The notes under the pieces were generated by a model that had not been told where the DNA came from, did no database searches, and worked only from the letters and a program-made list of their open reading frames with translations. Source: Acidobacteria bacterium RIFCSPLOWO2_02_FULL_67_21 (lineage in GTDB: Bacteria; Acidobacteriota; Vicinamibacteria; Vicinamibacterales; UBA2999). Taken from it: 64,000 bases of DNA. Position 1 is the stretch's first letter, and each line of letters begins with the position of its first letter. Shown one piece after another: positions 60,913 to 64,000 of the stretch. Both the position numbers and the translations under genes were made by a program. The DNA lies in NCBI GenBank assembly GCA_001767195.1, contig MEKU01000019.1, positions 64,088 to 128,087 of the forward strand. Reading direction: 5' to 3'.

Positions 60913-63695
60913 CAGACCGGCGCGTCCTCCGTGCCGCGGCCGGCGACCGCACCATCACGTGCGGTGGACCCGGCCAGGTAGTGGAGCGGCTTCGACCAGA
61001 GGCTTTCCAGGCCCTCCAGAATGTCGGAGGCCCAGCTGAACACGTTGCGCCCGGCCACGACGCGCCGCATCGCGCGCATGCGGCCCCGGCGCTCCTCGCG
61101 CGGCATCTCGATCGCGAGGAGCAGCGCGTCGGCGAAGCCGTCGATATCGTACGGGTTGATGATCAGCGCTTCGTGCAGCTCCTGCGCGGCGCCCGCCAGC
61201 GCGCTCAGCACGAGCACCCCATCCTCGTCGTCGCGCGCCGCGACGAACTCCTTCGCCACCAGATTCATGCCGTCGTGCAGCGAGCTGACGATGCAGAAGT
61301 TCGCAATCCGGTAGAGCGCCACGAGGCTCACGATGGTGAGGGGCTGGCGGGAGTACACGACCACCGGCGGCGCGCCCGGAATCGTATGTCGGGCGTTGAG
61401 GTCGGCAATCGCATGGCCGATCTCCGCTTCGATGGCGCTGTAGCTGGACAGCTCCGACCGCGACGGGACCCCGACCTGGACGAACGTCATCCGGCCCCGC
61501 AGATCCGGGCGCCGGGTGAGGAGGGCGTCGAGCGCGCCGAGCCGTTCGGGGATGCCCTTCGTGTAATCGAGCCGGTCGACCCCGATGCCCACGAGCCCGG
61601 CGCGCAGCCCGAACATCTGGATCAGGCGCTCCTGCTCGGCCCGGAGCACCGGATCGGCCGCGATGCGCTGGATCCGATCGAAGTCGACGCCGATCGGCAC
61701 CGACACGACGGTGGTATGCCGGCCCTTGTAGTGAACGTGCGAGGTGTCGGGATCCACTTCGGCGGCGAGCTCCTCCTCGGCGGCCAGCAGGAAGTTGCGG
61801 CGGTCGCGTTCGAGCTGAAACGCCAGGAGGTCGTTGGCGAGCAGGCCCGACACGAGCGGCCGCCGCCACGGGCAGATCCGCAGGCGATCGGGGTAGGGCC
61901 ACGGAATGTGCCAGAAGAGCGCCGTTCGCGCGTCGGGACGCAGCACGCGCAGCGCGGGTGCCACGAGCGCCAGATGGTAGTCCTGGATGAAGATCGAGGT
62001 GGTCGACGAGCCGAGCTCCTCGTGAATGGCCGCCGCAAACCGCGCGTTGATGGCCTGGTAGGCCGCCCAGTCCTCACTGCGGAACTGAGGCCGCACGTCC
62101 ACCATGTGGCAGAGCGGCCAGAGGCCCTCGTTGGCAAAGCCGCCGTAGTACGCCGAAAAGGCGGGCTCTTCGAGCCAGAGGCGCCTGAGCTCGTACGACG
62201 GATTGTCGGGCGGCACGGCAATCTTGTCCTGCTCGTCAACCACCTCGCGGTCGGCCGAGCCCGCGCCGTGGGCGATCCAGACGCCCCCGCGCTCGCGCAT
62301 CAGCGCGTCGAGCGCCACGGCGACGCCCCCGGTCGCGGGCGCAGCCACGATCCGGCCGTCGCCGTTGCGGCTGTGAAGATACGGCTCGCGGTTCGAGACG
62401 ACGAGCAGCGGCCGTCGCGTTGCCGGATCGAGCTCACCGGCCCGCGCGAGACCGTGGCGGAAGACAATCGGGCCGACCAGCTCGTGAATGGCGATGAGCG
62501 CCACGAGCAGCGTCTGCACCCGCAGTCCCCATTCGGGGAACTGCGTGGCGACGATGGAGGCGAACCCGAGTGTGATGCCTGCCTGCGAGATCAGGCCGGT
62601 CCACGCGTGCCGGCCGTGGGAGAGGCCGGCCAGCCGCAGGCCGGCGGCGACGCCGACGCGGATCATCGCCAGCCGCCACACCGACAACGCGAGCGCCACC
62701 AGGCCGACCGTGGCGAGCGCATCGAGGCGGAGCGAGGTGCCGACCGCCACGAAGAAGATCAGCAGAATCGGCGGCGCGCCGCGCTGCACGGCGGCCTTCA
62801 GCGCATCGCCCTGGGCGACGGCCAGGTTCTCGATGACGAGCCCCGCGGTCATTGCGGCCAGCAGCGGCGCGAACTCCTGCGTCGTGCCCACCTGGCTCAG
62901 AAGCGCGCATGCCGCGATGAGCACGATCGTGATCTCCCTGCCGACGTACCGCACGTACAGCGCGAATAGGGCTCCGACGAGGGCGCCGAACGCGGCCGCG
63001 CCGCCAACCTCCCAGGCGAAGTGCGCGAGGATGTTGCCCTGCACGCCCGAGCTGAGCACGACGCGCGCCAGCTGAATCGCCAGCGAGAAGAGCACCAGCA
63101 GGATGAGGTCGGCCAGAATCACCATCGTGAGCACGAGCTCGCTCAGGCGTCCGCGCGCCCCCGTGTCGGCCGTCACCGCGGCCGTCATCGTCGGCGAGAA
63201 GCTGACGACGATGACCACGAGCAGCAGGGTGATTGCGATCTGCTGGGCCACGCCCGCGCCCTCCGGCATCAGCCCGAGCCACGGCGAGGCGAACCAGGCG
63301 AAGGCGAAGAGGCCCGCCATGGCGATTGTGAGCGTGGCGACGGTCATGCGCGCGATCGCGGCCAGACGCCGGCCGAGCCGCTCGATGTTCAGCGAGAGCC
63401 CGGCGATGAGCGCGATGAGCGTCGTCGCGACCCCAGTAATCGCCTGCAGCTGCCCGGCCATCTGCGCGCTGATCACGTTCCCGAGGTACGGGCCGACCAG
63501 GACGCCGAACAGCAGGTAGCCGGTGAGCCGCGGGACCTGAAAGTGCCTGAGCGCATCGCCCGTGATCCAGGCGCCGAGCAGCGTGAATCCGAGCGCCAGC
63601 GCCGTTCCGGCCGATGCCGCCGTCTCGGCCGGACCGATGCGGCGGACCCAGACCACGGCAAGCACCGCCAGGATCAGGGCCGCCAGCCGCCTCAC
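60912..63695 (-). CDS. otsA: Fusion: cation/proton antiporter (CPA, Na_H_Exchanger-type, N-terminal ~430 aa) :: trehalose-6-phosphate synthase (OtsA, GT20)
   Basis: GTG 63695 has a GGGAGGAAG SD and a GTGA overlap with the upstream stop. N-terminal region: LTGYLLFGVLVGPYLG..TLIALIAGLSL plus about 11 further TM. C-terminal region: LLVVSNREPY..GGVAVAL..WPLCH..FWHIPWP..GVDRLDYTKGI..LHDGMNLVAKE. Confidence 0.85.
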   Translation of the reverse strand: MRRLAALILAVLAVVWVRRIGPAETAASAGTALALGFTLLGAWITGDALRHFQVPRLTGYLLFGVLVGPYLGNVISAQMAGQLQAITGVATTLIALIAGLSLNIERLGRRLAAIARMTVATLTIAMAGLFAFAWFASPWLGLMPEGAGVAQQIAITLLLVVIVVSFSPTMTAAVTADTGARGRLSELVLTMVILADLILLVLFSLAIQLARVVLSSGVQGNILAHFAWEVGGAAAFGALVGALFALYVRYVGREITIVLIAACALLSQVGTTQEFAPLLAAMTAGLVIENLAVAQGDALKAAVQRGAPPILLIFFVAVGTSLRLDALATVGLVALALSVWRLAMIRVGVAAGLRLAGLSHGRHAWTGLISQAGITLGFASIVATQFPEWGLRVQTLLVALIAIHELVGPIVFRHGLARAGELDPATRRPLLVVSNREPYLHSRNGDGRIVAAPATGGVAVALDALMRERGGVWIAHGAGSADREVVDEQDKIAVPPDNPSYELRRLWLEEPAFSAYYGGFANEGLWPLCHMVDVRPQFRSEDWAAYQAINARFAAAIHEELGSSTTSIFIQDYHLALVAPALRVLRPDARTALFWHIPWPYPDRLRICPWRRPLVSGLLANDLLAFQLERDRRNFLLAAEEELAAEVDPDTSHVHYKGRHTTVVSVPIGVDFDRIQRIAADPVLRAEQERLIQMFGLRAGLVGIGVDRLDYTKGIPERLGALDALLTRRPDLRGRMTFVQVGVPSRSELSSYSAIEAEIGHAIADLNARHTIPGAPPVVVYSRQPLTIVSLVALYRIANFCIVSSLHDGMNLVAKEFVAARDDEDGVLVLSALAGAAQELHEALIINPYDIDGFADALLLAIEMPREERRGRMRAMRRVVAGRNVFSWASDILEGLESLWSKPLHYLAGSTARDGAVAGRGTEDAPV

Positions 63696-64000
63696 GCGGC
63701 TTCCTCCCGTCGCGACACGAGCGCGGAGATCATGTCGGACCCGAGCGTGCCGACCGCCGCGACCGCCAGGATGCCTGCCGCATCGGGGCCGCTCGCGCGC
63801 AGTACGTTGAGCGCGAACGCGATGCCGAGAACGCCCGGTGACAGCAGCCGCATTCCGAGGTCCGCCGGCACGGCGCTCCCCCCGATGCGCCGCGCCACCC
63901 ATCCCGCCGCCAGCTTGGCCCCCGTGCGCAGGAGGATGTACACGAGACCCAGTCCGATCCAGACGGGCGGCAGCTCCACGCGGGCGCCTGTGACGATGAG
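63692..64000 (-). CDS. Cation/proton antiporter family protein, 5'-partial (C-terminal TM helices only)
   Basis: The reading frame is open to the window edge. VWIGLGLVYILLRTGAKLAAGWVARRIG..GVLGIAFALNVL..ILAVAAVGTLGSDMISALV parallels the last helices of the antiporter domain of 60912..63695. Confidence 0.55.
   Translation of the reverse strand, partial: LIVTGARVELPPVWIGLGLVYILLRTGAKLAAGWVARRIGGSAVPADLGMRLLSPGVLGIAFALNVLRASGPDAAGILAVAAVGTLGSDMISALVSRREEAA

Noticed and set aside
60771-62969. 732-aa plus-strand ORF
   Set aside because: It is antisense to the OtsA domain, whose GT20 motifs are unmistakable. Its composition is Arg/Asp/Gly-rich shadow-ORF type.

Overview
This is 64 kb of high-GC bacterial chromosome (about 63-70% GC in hand-counted 60-nt lines). 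I recognised no rRNA, tRNA, CRISPR, transposase or integrase. Positions 1-45.2 kb form one very large, almost entirely minus-strand Wzx/Wzy-type surface-polysaccharide locus. It encodes the initiating polyprenyl-P sugar phosphotransferase, a Wza/Wzc export pair plus an OM beta-barrel, a Wzx flippase and two Wzy/WaaL-family proteins. It also encodes eight GT-B glycosyltransferases, a Dpm1-like GT2, two GT-C-like membrane proteins and four SDR epimerases, one of them a clear GDP-mannose 3,5-epimerase homologue. Tailoring genes include a HddC-GmhB-kinase fusion, a DegT aminotransferase, a FemAB-like acyltransferase, a carbamoyltransferase, several methyltransferases and three radical SAM enzymes. 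Many neighbouring genes overlap by 4 nt (ATGA/GTGA), consistent with translational coupling. Positions 45.4-64 kb are housekeeping: FKBP PPIase, SGNH hydrolase, SppA, PpiD, a GGDEF cyclase 7 nt upstream of mreBCD-mrdA-rodA-rng, a TerB-like gene, otsB and an antiporter::OtsA fusion. The most notable observations are these. (1) A 4.76-kb low-GC cassette (two B12-type radical SAM genes, an ACP-like gene, a GT2 and an orphan vapB with a vapC stub) is bounded by 90-bp direct repeats that duplicate the overlap between two glycosyltransferase genes. (2) At least four decayed gene relics mark recombination scars in the locus. (3) Two copies of an AT-rich palindromic element exactly fill the mreB|mreC and mrdA|rodA spacers and abut SD-less start codons. 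(4) A cation/proton antiporter is fused to OtsA. A soil Acidobacteriota-like origin is only a guess from gene content and repeat style. All homology calls come from motif recognition by eye, not from searches.
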